A stretch of 64,000 nt of DNA from Nitrosopumilus sp. (GCA_965249555.1 OZ252243.1:288001-352000), one strand, 5' to 3'. Counted from the first letter of the stretch, positions 31,925 to 43,262 are shown. The notes: generated by a model from the letters alone, not told the origin. Made by a program: numbers and translations.

Positions 31925-32106
31925 AAATCATCATGGAAGAAAATTTTAAAAATATAGGAGAATCCCAATCGGGACATTTTTAATTTCAACAATCACAATG
32001 GCTACTATTTTTATAGTAAAAGTAGTTCTTCCTTAATTTAATAAAATTATGATGTATTGGATGATCTTTTAATAGAATAAAGCCGTATCATACAACAGAT
32101 ATTCCC

Positions 32107-32343
32107 ATGTTAGAAAAACAATTCAGCCCAGATTTACTATACAATAGAATTGTTCATTTCTATATTGACAAAAAAGGATATTCAAAGGACCAGGCAAATT
32201 CAATTGCCCAAAAAGTTGTTCAGAAAGAAGCACAAAGAAGAATATGCAAAAATGAAAAATGCAAACATTTCTCTCATGATCATATTAGAAACGCAGAAAC
32301 ATGTCTAGTTGCAGATTGTGAATGTATTGAATTTACGAAGTAA
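32107..32343 (+). CDS. Small hypothetical protein with C-terminal Cys/His cluster
   Basis: CxxxxCxH...H....C....CxC pattern. Confidence 0.7.
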   Translation: MLEKQFSPDLLYNRIVHFYIDKKGYSKDQANSIAQKVVQKEAQRRICKNEKCKHFSHDHIRNAETCLVADCECIEFTK

Positions 32344-33331
32344 AATCATCTAAAGAGTTTTCAAGTAATGGTTGTGCTTTAATTCCTATTTTTTGTAAAT
32401 GTTCTGCAAACTCATCAACAAAACCATGTATCGTGTAAACTTGTTCAGCTCCTGATTGTACCACCATATCTACAAGCTCATTAAAATCACAATGATCACT
32501 CATAGGAATTGAGTAGTCAGTTCGTCGTCCAAAAGAGAATCGAGAAGATTGCGCCCATCCACTAAATCCTATTGTTACTGCGCCATATTTTGATTTCATA
32601 TCCTGAATGAATTTATTTTTGCTTGACATCATTGGCGCAACCATCACCCAAGGTTTTCGATCCAATAGACCATTTTTTTCAGCCTCAGAATGACCAATTC
32701 CATCCTTTAGAGGAATTCCTAATTTTTGATGAAGTGAGTTCATCTCTTTTACAGAATCATGAAAATAAAGCGGATCCCAATGACCAAAGAGTTGAGTAAT
32801 GGTTTGTGCTTTACCTAATTGATACCCCATTAAAATTACAGGAATGCCTTTTCCATAAAGTTCAGAAATCAGCTCATTTACTCGTTTTTGTATTTCATTG
32901 GTTTTGGGAAAAACAAATTCTGGCAAGCCAAATGTACATTCAGTTATCAGGATTTTGCATTTTGGAATTTTTGCACCTTGAAGAAACCCACGTTTTCTAG
33001 TACAGATATCTCCAGTATAGAAAATATCATCAAAAAGTAGTCCTTTTGCACCAAGAATATGACCACTGTCAATTAAAGAAAAATCATCAAGGGATTCAAT
33101 ATGACTTTTCATCTCAAATCCACGAAGACTAGCTATTTTGTTTGTCTCAAGTGAAGATAAAATAATTCCACCATTTTTTGAGGGAAGATGATCAGAGTGG
33201 GCATGAGAGACAAAGTTGATTCCCGTAGAATCAGTATTTTTTGGATCCAAGTAAACGCGTTTATCATTAGCCACACACAGGATTCCATTTTTACTCATCC
33301 CGACTTGTCTTGGCAATGAAGGTGAAGACAA
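32333..33331 (-). CDS. Metallo-beta-lactamase/beta-CASP nuclease
   Basis: SHAHSDH, GHILG, YTGD, ECTFG and SDHCDF motifs. Confidence 0.88.
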   Translation of the reverse strand: MSSPSLPRQVGMSKNGILCVANDKRVYLDPKNTDSTGINFVSHAHSDHLPSKNGGIILSSLETNKIASLRGFEMKSHIESLDDFSLIDSGHILGAKGLLFDDIFYTGDICTRKRGFLQGAKIPKCKILITECTFGLPEFVFPKTNEIQKRVNELISELYGKGIPVILMGYQLGKAQTITQLFGHWDPLYFHDSVKEMNSLHQKLGIPLKDGIGHSEAEKNGLLDRKPWVMVAPMMSSKNKFIQDMKSKYGAVTIGFSGWAQSSRFSFGRRTDYSIPMSDHCDFNELVDMVVQSGAEQVYTIHGFVDEFAEHLQKIGIKAQPLLENSLDDFTS

Positions 33332-33374
33332 TTGGATTTGATATAAATTGCAGGTTTGATCTAATATTGACTAG

Positions 33375-33992
33375 TTGCCAAATCTAGGAATTTTAATCTC
33401 AGGTCGTGGAAGCAACATGGAGTCTATTCTAAAGTCAATTAAGAGAGAGAAAATTCCAATTAATCCAGCAGTGGTGATTTCAAACAATCCTAATGCAAAG
33501 GGATTGAAAGTAGCAGAAAAGTTAGGAGTTAACGTAGAAGTTGTGGATAGTAAGGGCTTCAAGGGAAGTAGGGAACAATATGACAAAAAAGTAATCGCAG
33601 CTCTAACAAAACATGGAGTTACCCCTAGAAATGGCCTTGTATGTCTTGCAGGATTTATGAGAATCATCAGTCCAGAATTTGTAAAAAAATATAAAAACAG
33701 GATCATCAATATTCATCCAGCATTATTACCAGCATTTCCAGGATTGGATTCTCAAAAACAAGCATTAGAACATGGTGCAAAATATTCAGGGTGCACAGTA
33801 CATTTTGTAGATACAGGAATGGATGCAGGTCCCATAATTATTCAAGCAGTAGTCAAAGTAAGAGAAAGAGATACTGAAGAGTCATTATCAAAAAGAATTC
33901 TAAAAGAAGAGCACAGAATTTATCCTGAAGCAGTTAATTTGTTTGCTAGAAAAAAGATTAGAATCTCTGGAAGAAAAGCAATTATCAGCTAG
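33375..33992 (+). CDS. purN: Phosphoribosylglycinamide formyltransferase
   Basis: ISGRGSNM, LAGFMRI, NIHPALLP and GCTVHFV motifs. Confidence 0.96.
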   Translation: MPNLGILISGRGSNMESILKSIKREKIPINPAVVISNNPNAKGLKVAEKLGVNVEVVDSKGFKGSREQYDKKVIAALTKHGVTPRNGLVCLAGFMRIISPEFVKKYKNRIINIHPALLPAFPGLDSQKQALEHGAKYSGCTVHFVDTGMDAGPIIIQAVVKVRERDTEESLSKRILKEEHRIYPEAVNLFARKKIRISGRKAIIS

Positions 33993-34309
33993 GTATCAGG
34001 CCCACCAAAAAAATACAAAACTTTGAGTTCTTTTTTGTTTCCATGAAAATGATGCTCAACATCCTTTGCTACAAAAAATACTTTGTCTTTTGAAACTTTG
34101 TAATCTTTTTCTTTAATTTTCAAAAAACCATCACCAGAAATTACATAGTATACCTCATCTGTGTCATGGGGTGTTTGGGTATCTTCTTCTCCAGGCTTTA
34201 GAACCAAGACTCCAACAGCTAAACTTGATTTATTGATAAAAGTATGAAAATATATACTACTTTTTTTGATTTTGTCAATTGAATTATTAATATCAAAATC
34301 AAGTTTCAT
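33989..34309 (-). CDS. Cupin domain protein
   Basis: PHDTDEVYYVISGDG..VEHHF cupin motifs. Confidence 0.85.
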   Translation of the reverse strand: MKLDFDINNSIDKIKKSSIYFHTFINKSSLAVGVLVLKPGEEDTQTPHDTDEVYYVISGDGFLKIKEKDYKVSKDKVFFVAKDVEHHFHGNKKELKVLYFFGGPDT

Positions 34310-34364
34310 TAGTGTACAACCAATGAAATTCAAGTATTAAATATCTACTAATCAAAAACAGATT

Positions 34365-35234
34365 ATGGCAGGTACCAAAATTGATGGAAAAGTTATTGCC
34401 CAATCAGTTAAAGATAGAGTCAAAAAAGCAGTTGAAGAGCTAAAGTCTCAAGGAATCAATCCATGCCTAGCCACAATTCTAGTAGGAGACAATCCAGCAT
34501 CAGATACCTATGTTAGAAACAAGCATACATCTTGTGATGAGACAGGAATTATTACCAAAGATCATAAACTTGATGTAAATATTTCACAAAGACAACTTGA
34601 TGAAATTATTGAAAATTTAAACAACGATAGTTCGGTTCATGGAATTCTAGTCCAGCTTCCATTACCTGAACAATTAGATGAGTTTGCCACCACATCAAGA
34701 ATCTCACCACTAAAAGATGTGGATGGTTTAACGCCACACAACACAGGATTGCTTGCAATGAAAAAAGCTGCACTAGTTGCATGTACTCCATCAGGAATAA
34801 TGGAGATGTTTGATTATCATGGAATTGATTTGGACGGAAAAAATATTGTATTAATTAATAGAAGTAATCTTGTTGGAAAGCCACTATATCATTTATTATT
34901 AGAAAAAAATGCAACTGTAGTTACATGTCATTCTAGAACCAAAAACCTGACAGAGCTTTGCCAAGCTGCAGATATTATTATTACTGCAGTAGGGAATAGA
35001 AACAAGTTCACCCTAACACCTGAGATGATTAAAGAGGGTGCAATTGTAATTGATGTTGCAATTTCAAGATTCCAAGAAAAACTAGTAGGTGATTCAGACT
35101 TTGATGAAATTATCCAGAAAGCATCTTTTGCAACACCGGTTCCAGGAGGGGTTGGTCCAATGACTGTCGCCATGCTATTAAAAAATACAATTACCGCAGC
35201 ATCTTTGAGTAGTCAAATTGGAAGACAGTGCTGA
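34365..35234 (+). CDS. folD: Methylenetetrahydrofolate dehydrogenase/cyclohydrolase
   Basis: GILVQLPLP, KDVDG, CTPSG, RSNLVGKP and PVPGGVGPMT motifs. Confidence 0.96.
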   Translation: MAGTKIDGKVIAQSVKDRVKKAVEELKSQGINPCLATILVGDNPASDTYVRNKHTSCDETGIITKDHKLDVNISQRQLDEIIENLNNDSSVHGILVQLPLPEQLDEFATTSRISPLKDVDGLTPHNTGLLAMKKAALVACTPSGIMEMFDYHGIDLDGKNIVLINRSNLVGKPLYHLLLEKNATVVTCHSRTKNLTELCQAADIIITAVGNRNKFTLTPEMIKEGAIVIDVAISRFQEKLVGDSDFDEIIQKASFATPVPGGVGPMTVAMLLKNTITAASLSSQIGRQC

Positions 35235-35781
35235 AAGAAAATCACTTAGAAGTCATCTTTTAGAAAAAAGAGACAACACGTCTTTTGATTTTATGAAGAT
35301 TGCAAGTGAAAAGATACAAAAGAGATTAAAAAAAATTAATGCATTCAGAGATGCTCAAAAGATTGGAGTGTATTATCCAATTGGAAGTGAAATTCTAACA
35401 CAGGACATTATTCAAGAATTACTCAGTAATGGGAAAGACGTGTTTTTGCCAAAAGTAGTGGGGGAAAAAATGGAATTTAGAAAAATTGTTGGTTTTTCAA
35501 GCCTAGAAAAAGGCAGTTTTGATATTATGGAGCCCAAAGATGACTGCCAAACAGATAATGATCTTGATGTAGTTTTAGTTCCAACTGTAGGCATATCAGA
35601 AATTGGAGTCAGGTTAGGATACGGTCACGGGTTTTATGATAGATATCTTGCAGAATACAATACTGTAACAATATCATTAACTTTGGAAAAACAGATTGTA
35701 AAAAACATTCCAAAATCAGAACATGACATTGTGATTAATTGGATAGTAACTGAAGACCGAATTTTAAATACTTGGAGATAA
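35218..35781 (+). CDS. 5-formyltetrahydrofolate cyclo-ligase
   Basis: LPKV..EP..DVVLVP..RLGYGHGFYDR..HD motifs. Confidence 0.93.
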   Translation: MEDSAERKSLRSHLLEKRDNTSFDFMKIASEKIQKRLKKINAFRDAQKIGVYYPIGSEILTQDIIQELLSNGKDVFLPKVVGEKMEFRKIVGFSSLEKGSFDIMEPKDDCQTDNDLDVVLVPTVGISEIGVRLGYGHGFYDRYLAEYNTVTISLTLEKQIVKNIPKSEHDIVINWIVTEDRILNTWR

Positions 35782-36808
35782 GTTAGGCCTTTTTGACCAA
35801 TATCTTTTCTACAATATTTGTGAGACCATGAAATTTTTTCAGCTGCTGCATATGCATTTGTAATTGCAGAATCCAAAGAGTCACCTAATGCTGTAACTCC
35901 CAAAACACGAATCCCCCATTTGAGAGGATTTTTTCATCAATCTTTTTTGTTCCAGCATGAAAAACATATGCTTCATCAGAAAGAGTCAAACCAGGAGATC
36001 TCTTCGTTTGTTGGATAGGATTCGGGATATCCCTTGGATGCTAAAACAACACACACTGCAGATTGATTTTTACAAGAGGTTGAAGGCATTGATGATAATT
36101 TTCCATCAACGCTTGCAACAAAATAATCATACAAGTCAAAGTTCATTCTCATAGTAATTGGCTGACATTCAGGATCACCCTTGACTTGTTGCCATAGGAA
36201 TGGCAATCTCACCATCAGAAAGTGCAATGTATGAAGCCTCAATCCCATCTATTCTTTCTTCAATGATGATGCGATTTCCAGCATCGCCAAATGTCTTTTT
36301 GACTAGAATTGTCTGAATTGCAGAAAATGCTTCATCGTTACTGTTGCAAACAATAACACCCTTTCCTGCAGCAAGACCATCAGCCTTCACTGCAACATTG
36401 TAATCAAGTGATAAAACATAGTCTTTAGCTTTTTGAGCATCATCAAATATTTCAAATTGTGCTGAAGGGATATCATTTCGTTTCATGAAATTCTTAGCCC
36501 AAATCTTACTTGATTCAAGCTGTGCGGCTTGCTGAGAGGGACCAAAAACTTTGAGATTGAGTTGGTTAAATTTATCAACAATTCCTGCAGCCAAAGGAGC
36601 CTACAGGTTCAACTACAGTAAAGCAATTATTTTTTTGAGCAAAATCAGATAATCCATCTAAATCATCCACGCTTATTGGAACATTATTTTCAGTGCCACC
36701 ATTTCCAGGAGCAGTAAAAACAGTATCAACTTTAGGGCTTTGAGATAGTTTCCATGACAATGCATGTTCTTGCCCACCAGAACCAACTACCAGAACATTT
36801 ACCAACAA
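35773..36808 (-). pseudogene. purD: Phosphoribosylamine-glycine ligase, multiply frameshifted with an internal deletion
   Basis: GSGGQEHAL, KADGLAAGKGV, GDPECQ, SKGYP and FHAGT in different frames; the DHKR..GPNTGGMG segment is missing. Confidence 0.92.
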
Positions 36809-36891
36809 AAATTATCCTTTACCCAATTATATATTCCAAGTCTCAGAAAACCAATTTAGCTTTATAATGTCACCTACATATCAAAATCCAG

Positions 36892-39800
36892 ATGGAATTT
36901 TCTGCAAAGTTTGATGCAAAAGCAATAGAATCTCAAATAAAAGAATACATCAAATCAATTGATTTAGAAAAACAGATTTTTTCATCGGACAAGCCGGAGA
37001 AAATTAGATTCATCGAAGGGCCGCCAACAATGAATGGAATTCCACATGCAGGACATCTAAGAGGCAGAGTCATCAAAGATTTGTGGTATCGATTCAACAC
37101 ATTGCAAGGGAAGAAAATTGAATTCAATGGAGGATGGGATACACAAGGACTTCCAGTGGAATTACAGGTTGAAAAAGAGTTAGGAGTTACAGGTGGAAAG
37201 ACTGAGGCCATAAAACAATTTGGAATTGAGAGAATTGTATCTGAATGCAAAAAAGTAGTAGGAAAATATAACAAGGCATGGATAGAAGTTGATGACTTAC
37301 TTGGCATGTCATTTAATCATGACAAAGCATACTGGACTTTTAGAGATGAATTTATTGAAAGAGAATGGCAAGTGCTAAAAAAAGCATATGAAAATGGAAT
37401 TTTAGAAGAAGACTTTACAGTAATTGCATATTGTCCAAGTTGCCAAACATCACTTAGCCATGCAGAAGTAAATCAAGGATATGAAGAAGTTAAAGACCCA
37501 TCACTATACTACAAAGTAAAACTAGTTGATGAAGATGCATTTTTGATAGTATGGACTACTATGCCATTTACTCTAATTACAGATGCAATGGTTGGTTTAC
37601 AACCAAAAGAAGATTATGTTTACGTCAAAGTAGAAAATGAGACATGGGTTGTTGGAAAGACAAGACTAGAAGAATTCATGACAGAGGTAAAGATGGATAA
37701 TTATAAAATTGAAAAAACTATCAAGGGTTCAGAATTTGAAGGAAAAAAATACATTCATCCATTGTTGAATTTAGTTCCAGAATTAAGTGAATGTGCAAAG
37801 CTAGACAATTATCATGTTGCAGTCTCTGAATCGTTTGTTGATGTTACTGCAGGAAGTGGATTAGTACATTTATCTCCTGCAAACGGAGAGGAAGATATCA
37901 AAATAGCAAACAAAAGAAATGTCAAAATTTTCAATCCTATTGATGACGAAGTAAAATTCACTTCCCAGGCAGGCAAATACAAAGGAATGTTTGTCAGAGA
38001 TGCAGATAGGACAATTGTAGAAGATCTAAAAGAATGTAATGCTCTTGTAAAGATTGGAAAAATAAAACACAAGTATCCCTTATGCTGGAGATCACACCAT
38101 CCAATTGTATGGCTTGCCAGAAGAGGTTGGTTTTACAAGCTAGATCGTCTTGAGAACAAAGCAATTGATGCTGCAGAAAGTGTAGAATACTTTTTTGAGC
38201 AACCAAAAAATAGATTCTTGGGAATTATCAAAGAAAGGCATCCATGGTGTATTTCGCGAGAAAGGATTTGGGGTTGTCCATTACCTGTTTGGAATTGCGA
38301 AGATTGCGGTGAAAAAAATTGGTTCTTTACAAGAAAAGAGATAGTTGATGCTGCAGATAACTTGCCGGATGGGCCAGACTTTGAATTACATAGACCATGG
38401 ATTGACAACATCACCGTAAAGTGCAAAAAATGCAGCAGCACCAAAACAAAGAGAGAAGAGTATGTTTTAGATACGTGGCACAATAGTGGCTCTGCACCAT
38501 ATTCATCATTAACTGATGAAGAATATTCAAAAGAAATTCCGGCACCGTTTTTCACGGAAGGAATTGATCAAACTAGAGGGTGGGCATATACTCTACTCAT
38601 TGAAAATGTTATTTTAAACAATTCTCCAACCCCTCCTTTCAAGTCATTTTTGTTTCAAGGACACGTCCTTGATGAAAAAGGAGGTAAAATGAGTAAGAGC
38701 AAAGGAAATGTGTTAGACGGAGCAGACTTGCTTCAGAAATACCCCGTAGATTTAGTACGGTTCTATTTCATGTGGAAGGCAAGCCCAATTGAGCCACTAA
38801 GTTTCAGCACTGATGAGTTAATGTCAAGACCATATCAGATAATCAACACACTATACAATCTGCATCTGTACTTTAAGCAAAATAGTGAATACGATAATTT
38901 TGAACAATCAAAGACAATTGAATGGGCAAAACAAAATGATTTGTTAACATCTCCAGATATTTGGCTCTTATCAAAACTTCAAAAATTGATCCGTGAAATT
39001 ACAGAAAGGAACCAAACATGCAAGTTCCATGAAGGTGCCAAAGCAATTGATGAATTTATCATAAATAATCTAAGCCAAGTATACATTCCAATTACCAGAG
39101 GAGAACTATGGGATGAGGATGAGAAAAAGAAGAACAGAAGGCTTGCAATCTATGCAGTACTAAGTAAAGTGCTCAAAACACTGGATATTTTGATTCATCC
39201 GTTTTGTCCATTTACTAGTGAGTATCTATACCAATCAGTATTTGATGGAAAACAAAGTATTCTACTTGACAAATGGCCTCAATACCAAGAACTACTTGTC
39301 AATGAGGAAGTTGAGGAATCATTTGATATTATGAAAGATGTTGTATCGATATCTTCTGCAGCAAGAATGAAAGGAAAACTAAAACGACGATGGCCACTAA
39401 ATGAAGCACAGATTTGTGTAGGAAAAGATCAGAAAAGTAAACTAGAGTCATTATCTGATTTGCTACGGTCCCAGTTAAACATAGAAAAATTCAGTATTGT
39501 TGAAACAGAAAAAGAATCAGGACTAGAACAAATTTTAGAATTAAAACAATTAGGATTACCTGTTAAAGCAGTTATCGAACTAGAAAGAAAAAAGATAGGG
39601 CCCAAGGCAAGACAACACATGGGAAAACTAGTTGCAACATTTGCAGAGACTAATCCTGAAGAGATAATTTCATTATTGCAAAAAGATGGGAAATATGATT
39701 TTGATATTGATGGCGAGATAATTTCATTGGATAATGAAGATTTTGTTGTAGATTTTGATGCAGATGAAAACTTTGCAGTAGCAAAAAGAGACAACTATGT

Positions 39801-40089
39801 CGTATTCATCTCAACAGCACGAAACAGGGAGATGACGGCAAAAGGATTAGTAAAGGATGTTGCAAGAAGACTCCAAACTCTAAGAAAAGAAAGAGGGTAC
39901 AATCCAACTGATGTTTTAGGTGTTGCATCAATTCTTGATTTGGATGAAGAATCACTTGAAATGATTAAAGAGAGGGCAGATGAATTGGCATTTTTGGTTA
40001 GAGTAAAGCAGGTAGATTTTACAGAATCCTGCAAAGAATACAAAGATGACGATATTGATGGACAAAAAATAAGAATATCAGTAGAATAG
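36892..40089 (+). CDS. ileS: Isoleucyl-tRNA synthetase
   Basis: GPP..NG.PHAGH, WCISR, EGIDQTRGW and KMSKS motifs. Confidence 0.97.
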   Translation: MEFSAKFDAKAIESQIKEYIKSIDLEKQIFSSDKPEKIRFIEGPPTMNGIPHAGHLRGRVIKDLWYRFNTLQGKKIEFNGGWDTQGLPVELQVEKELGVTGGKTEAIKQFGIERIVSECKKVVGKYNKAWIEVDDLLGMSFNHDKAYWTFRDEFIEREWQVLKKAYENGILEEDFTVIAYCPSCQTSLSHAEVNQGYEEVKDPSLYYKVKLVDEDAFLIVWTTMPFTLITDAMVGLQPKEDYVYVKVENETWVVGKTRLEEFMTEVKMDNYKIEKTIKGSEFEGKKYIHPLLNLVPELSECAKLDNYHVAVSESFVDVTAGSGLVHLSPANGEEDIKIANKRNVKIFNPIDDEVKFTSQAGKYKGMFVRDADRTIVEDLKECNALVKIGKIKHKYPLCWRSHHPIVWLARRGWFYKLDRLENKAIDAAESVEYFFEQPKNRFLGIIKERHPWCISRERIWGCPLPVWNCEDCGEKNWFFTRKEIVDAADNLPDGPDFELHRPWIDNITVKCKKCSSTKTKREEYVLDTWHNSGSAPYSSLTDEEYSKEIPAPFFTEGIDQTRGWAYTLLIENVILNNSPTPPFKSFLFQGHVLDEKGGKMSKSKGNVLDGADLLQKYPVDLVRFYFMWKASPIEPLSFSTDELMSRPYQIINTLYNLHLYFKQNSEYDNFEQSKTIEWAKQNDLLTSPDIWLLSKLQKLIREITERNQTCKFHEGAKAIDEFIINNLSQVYIPITRGELWDEDEKKKNRRLAIYAVLSKVLKTLDILIHPFCPFTSEYLYQSVFDGKQSILLDKWPQYQELLVNEEVEESFDIMKDVVSISSAARMKGKLKRRWPLNEAQICVGKDQKSKLESLSDLLRSQLNIEKFSIVETEKESGLEQILELKQLGLPVKAVIELERKKIGPKARQHMGKLVATFAETNPEEIISLLQKDGKYDFDIDGEIISLDNEDFVVDFDADENFAVAKRDNYVVFISTARNREMTAKGLVKDVARRLQTLRKERGYNPTDVLGVASILDLDEESLEMIKERADELAFLVRVKQVDFTESCKEYKDDDIDGQKIRISVE

Positions 40090-40141
40090 ATTTTGAGAAT
40101 TAATGTAATACTTTTATTAGAATCATAAATTTCATAAGGAA

Positions 40142-40729
40142 ATGTCTAAATCAGAAACCCCAAATGTTGTTGGAATTAACGTTCTAAAACAAAATGGCCT
40201 TGATGTGGATGAGTTGTTAAAAGAATTAATCAAAAATGCTGCAGTTGAATTTACGGCATACTACTACTTTACCAATCTCAGAGCACATTGTACAGGCATG
40301 GAAGGAGAAGGACTCAAAGGAATCATCGAGGATGCAAGATTAGAAGATCTTAGCCACTTTGAAGCATGTCTTGAGAGAATCTATCAATTAGGAGGTACTC
40401 TTCCAAATGATGCAAATGAATTCATCAAGATGTCAGGTTGTGAATTTTTACAGCTTCCAGCAAATCCAACAGATCATAAAGAGATCCTGGAAAAATGTCT
40501 CAAAGCAGAACAGGGTGCACTAGTCAACTGGAATAAAATTTGCCAGATGACATTAGGAAAAGATCCTACAACATATGACATTGCAAAAGATATCCTAGCA
40601 GAAGAGATTGAACACGAGTCATGGTTCCTAGAACTAATCTATGGAAGACCATCAGGACACATGAGAAGAAAGTATGCCGGTGAAAGACCACACACCAGAA
40701 AACACTCTAGAGCACTAGATATGGCATGA
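40142..40729 (+). CDS. DPS-like (DpsL) ferritin-family protein
   Basis: EFTAYYY..EDARLEDLSHFE..RIYQLGG..EEIEHE ferroxidase motifs. Confidence 0.88.
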   Translation: MSKSETPNVVGINVLKQNGLDVDELLKELIKNAAVEFTAYYYFTNLRAHCTGMEGEGLKGIIEDARLEDLSHFEACLERIYQLGGTLPNDANEFIKMSGCEFLQLPANPTDHKEILEKCLKAEQGALVNWNKICQMTLGKDPTTYDIAKDILAEEIEHESWFLELIYGRPSGHMRRKYAGERPHTRKHSRALDMA

Positions 40730-40840
40730 ATATCAAATCATTTTCTTTATTTTAGATTCATCAAGGTTACTTTATTGACGACAAATAGTGAACATGCGTT
40801 GTTTTATCACGGTTAAATAGAAAAATCACGTATTAAGAAT

Positions 40841-41170
40841 ATGGTAAAGCAGATTAGTCTTGATGCTTGGCAAATTCAACAGTTATCAGATCTGTTAGAA
40901 AAAGGTTCAAGTATTGTTGCAAAGACTAACAAGCCAATTATTCTGTATAGACAGACACTAGAAGAAGAGGATGAATCATATGAAGAAATTGTATGCACCC
41001 TTACCAAAGGATATGTCATTGAGCAGATGGTGACATCAGGAGGAATTTTGGTGCCAAGCTTTCATCAACAGTTTGTATTTACAATTGAAGAGTATCCTCA
41101 AGAATTATTGAGAAAAAGTAAGGATCGTTTTTTGGAGATGATTGATTTCCTTGAAGAACAACTAAGATAA
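40841..41170 (+). CDS. Conserved hypothetical protein
   Basis: 109-aa ATG ORF upstream of sucC. Confidence 0.7.
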   Translation: MVKQISLDAWQIQQLSDLLEKGSSIVAKTNKPIILYRQTLEEEDESYEEIVCTLTKGYVIEQMVTSGGILVPSFHQQFVFTIEEYPQELLRKSKDRFLEMIDFLEEQLR

Positions 41171-41210
41171 CATCATAATTAATAAGGATCGTAAAGTCCA
41201 GAATTTTTGC

Positions 41211-42317
41211 ATGCAGTTATTAGAGTTTCAAGCAAAGGAGTTATTTCGAGAATATGGGATTAATCTCCTTGATAGCAAATCATCAACCAACATAGAAGAA
41301 GGAAGAAAGCATGCAAAAGAATTAGGATATCCATTTGTGATTAAAATTCAGGTCCCTGTAGGAGGGCGAGGAAAGGCAGGAGGCATCCAAATGTGTCATA
41401 ATGATGATGAATTTGAGCTAAAGTATCCTCAAGTTATGGACTTGACAATCAAGGGAGAAAAAGCAAGAGCAATTTTGTTAGAAAAGATGGCAGACATTAA
41501 AAAAGAATTATACTTGTCAATATTTTTGAATCGCTCTAAAAGATGCTATACAATTATCGCATCAGCAGAAGGAGGTGTTGAAATTGAATCAGTAAAAAAT
41601 CAAATCATCAGAGAAGTTGGAATGGGTGATGTTTCAGATGAGATTGCAAGTGATGTTGCAAAAGAGATGGGATTGGTTGGAAAAACAGCAGATGGATTGG
41701 TTGATACTTTGAAAAAATTATCAAAACTTACAATTGAAAAAGAAGCAGAGCTTGTAGAGATCAATCCACTTGCAATCATGCAAGACGATTCTATAATTGC
41801 ACTTGATGGTAAATTTGTCACAGATGACAATAGTAATTTCAGACATGATGAATTACAAAAGTACCAAGAAAAATCAGCAATAGAAGAGAGCGCAGAAAAA
41901 AGTGGATTCTCACTAGTTGAGTTGGATGGAAACATTGCAGTTGTTGGAAACGGTGCAGGACTTGTAATGTCTACACTTGATATGTTATCAGACAATGGAG
42001 GAAAACCTGCATGTTTCTTAGATGTAGGTGGCGGTGCAACTACAGAATCAGTTTATGAAGCATTGACTTTGATTAGTAAAATTAGCAGAGTAAAAGGAAT
42101 TTTAGTAAATCTTTATGGAGGAATTGTAAAAACAACAGTAGTAGCTGAAGCATTTCTAAAAGCATATGAAAATAATTTGATTGACTTGCCAGTATTTTCA
42201 AGACTGAAAGGTACTGAATCAGAAAAAGCAAAAGAGATGCTCAAAGACTCTAGAACTAATATTTATGATTCAATTGAAGAGGCAATTAATGCTGCAGTAA
42301 TGGGAATAAAAAATTGA
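41211..42317 (+). CDS. sucC: Succinyl-CoA synthetase beta subunit
   Basis: LLEFQAKEL, GGRGKAGG, EINPL, GNGAGL and FLDVGGGA motifs. Confidence 0.96.
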   Translation: MQLLEFQAKELFREYGINLLDSKSSTNIEEGRKHAKELGYPFVIKIQVPVGGRGKAGGIQMCHNDDEFELKYPQVMDLTIKGEKARAILLEKMADIKKELYLSIFLNRSKRCYTIIASAEGGVEIESVKNQIIREVGMGDVSDEIASDVAKEMGLVGKTADGLVDTLKKLSKLTIEKEAELVEINPLAIMQDDSIIALDGKFVTDDNSNFRHDELQKYQEKSAIEESAEKSGFSLVELDGNIAVVGNGAGLVMSTLDMLSDNGGKPACFLDVGGGATTESVYEALTLISKISRVKGILVNLYGGIVKTTVVAEAFLKAYENNLIDLPVFSRLKGTESEKAKEMLKDSRTNIYDSIEEAINAAVMGIKN

Positions 42318-43231
42318 CTGACATTTTTGGACTACTCAAAGGGACTCCGGAAGATTCAGACTATATGAAAAAAGGAGTAATCGTTCAGGGAATAACTGGC
42401 GCATACGGCACTATTCATGCAAAAAGTATGATTAAAGATGGAACCAATATTGTTGCAGGAGTTACTCCTGGAAAAGGTGGTCAAAAATTTGAAGACAGTA
42501 TTCCAATTTACAATACAATGCAAGAGGCAGTGGATGCCACTAGTGCAAAAATTTCAATTATCTTTGTTCCAGCAAAATTCTTTCTTGGAGCGGCAAAAGA
42601 TGCACTAGAAGCTGGAATCAAGCTACTAGTTGCAATCCCAGAACATGTTCCAATCAGAGATACTATGGAAACACTAGAGTTGGCAAAACAGAAAGGAGCA
42701 ATAGTCATTGGACCAAACACTCCTGGAATTATAATTCCAGAATTAATCAAGATTGGAATCATGCCAGTAACTCCATTTATGGCAGGAAAGATTGCAGTTC
42801 TATCAAAGAGTGGAACACTACTCTATGAAATTTCAGATGCACTAACCACTGCAGGCTTTGGACAATCAATTACAATCGGTATTGGAGGAGATCCAGTGAA
42901 TGGGACAAGACTTGTTGACGCATTTGAGATGATAAAAGACATTTCAGAGTTGGAAGGATTGGTAATTGTAGGAGAAATTGGTGGCGATTCTGAGGAAATT
43001 TTAGCTCAAAAAATTATTGACAGTGGATTTAGCAAACCAACTGTAGCATACATTGCAGGAAGAGCAGCACCAAAAGAAAAGAGAATGGGGCATGCAGGTG
43101 CAATAGTCATGGGAACTTATGGTTCTGCAGAATCCAAGATATCGATGTTTAACAAGGCAAATATTCCAGTAGCAAAGAGACCTGCAGAAGTACCAGTGTT
43201 ACTAGCAGGGAAGATTGAAAAATCCGATTAG
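42314..43231 (+). CDS. sucD: Succinyl-CoA synthetase alpha subunit
   Basis: VQGITG, GVTPGKGG, IGPNTPG, SKSGTL and RMGHAGA motifs. Confidence 0.96.
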   Translation: MTDIFGLLKGTPEDSDYMKKGVIVQGITGAYGTIHAKSMIKDGTNIVAGVTPGKGGQKFEDSIPIYNTMQEAVDATSAKISIIFVPAKFFLGAAKDALEAGIKLLVAIPEHVPIRDTMETLELAKQKGAIVIGPNTPGIIIPELIKIGIMPVTPFMAGKIAVLSKSGTLLYEISDALTTAGFGQSITIGIGGDPVNGTRLVDAFEMIKDISELEGLVIVGEIGGDSEEILAQKIIDSGFSKPTVAYIAGRAAPKEKRMGHAGAIVMGTYGSAESKISMFNKANIPVAKRPAEVPVLLAGKIEKSD

Positions 43232-43262
43232 AATAAAAGAGAGAGATTTTGGAGTGAATTAA

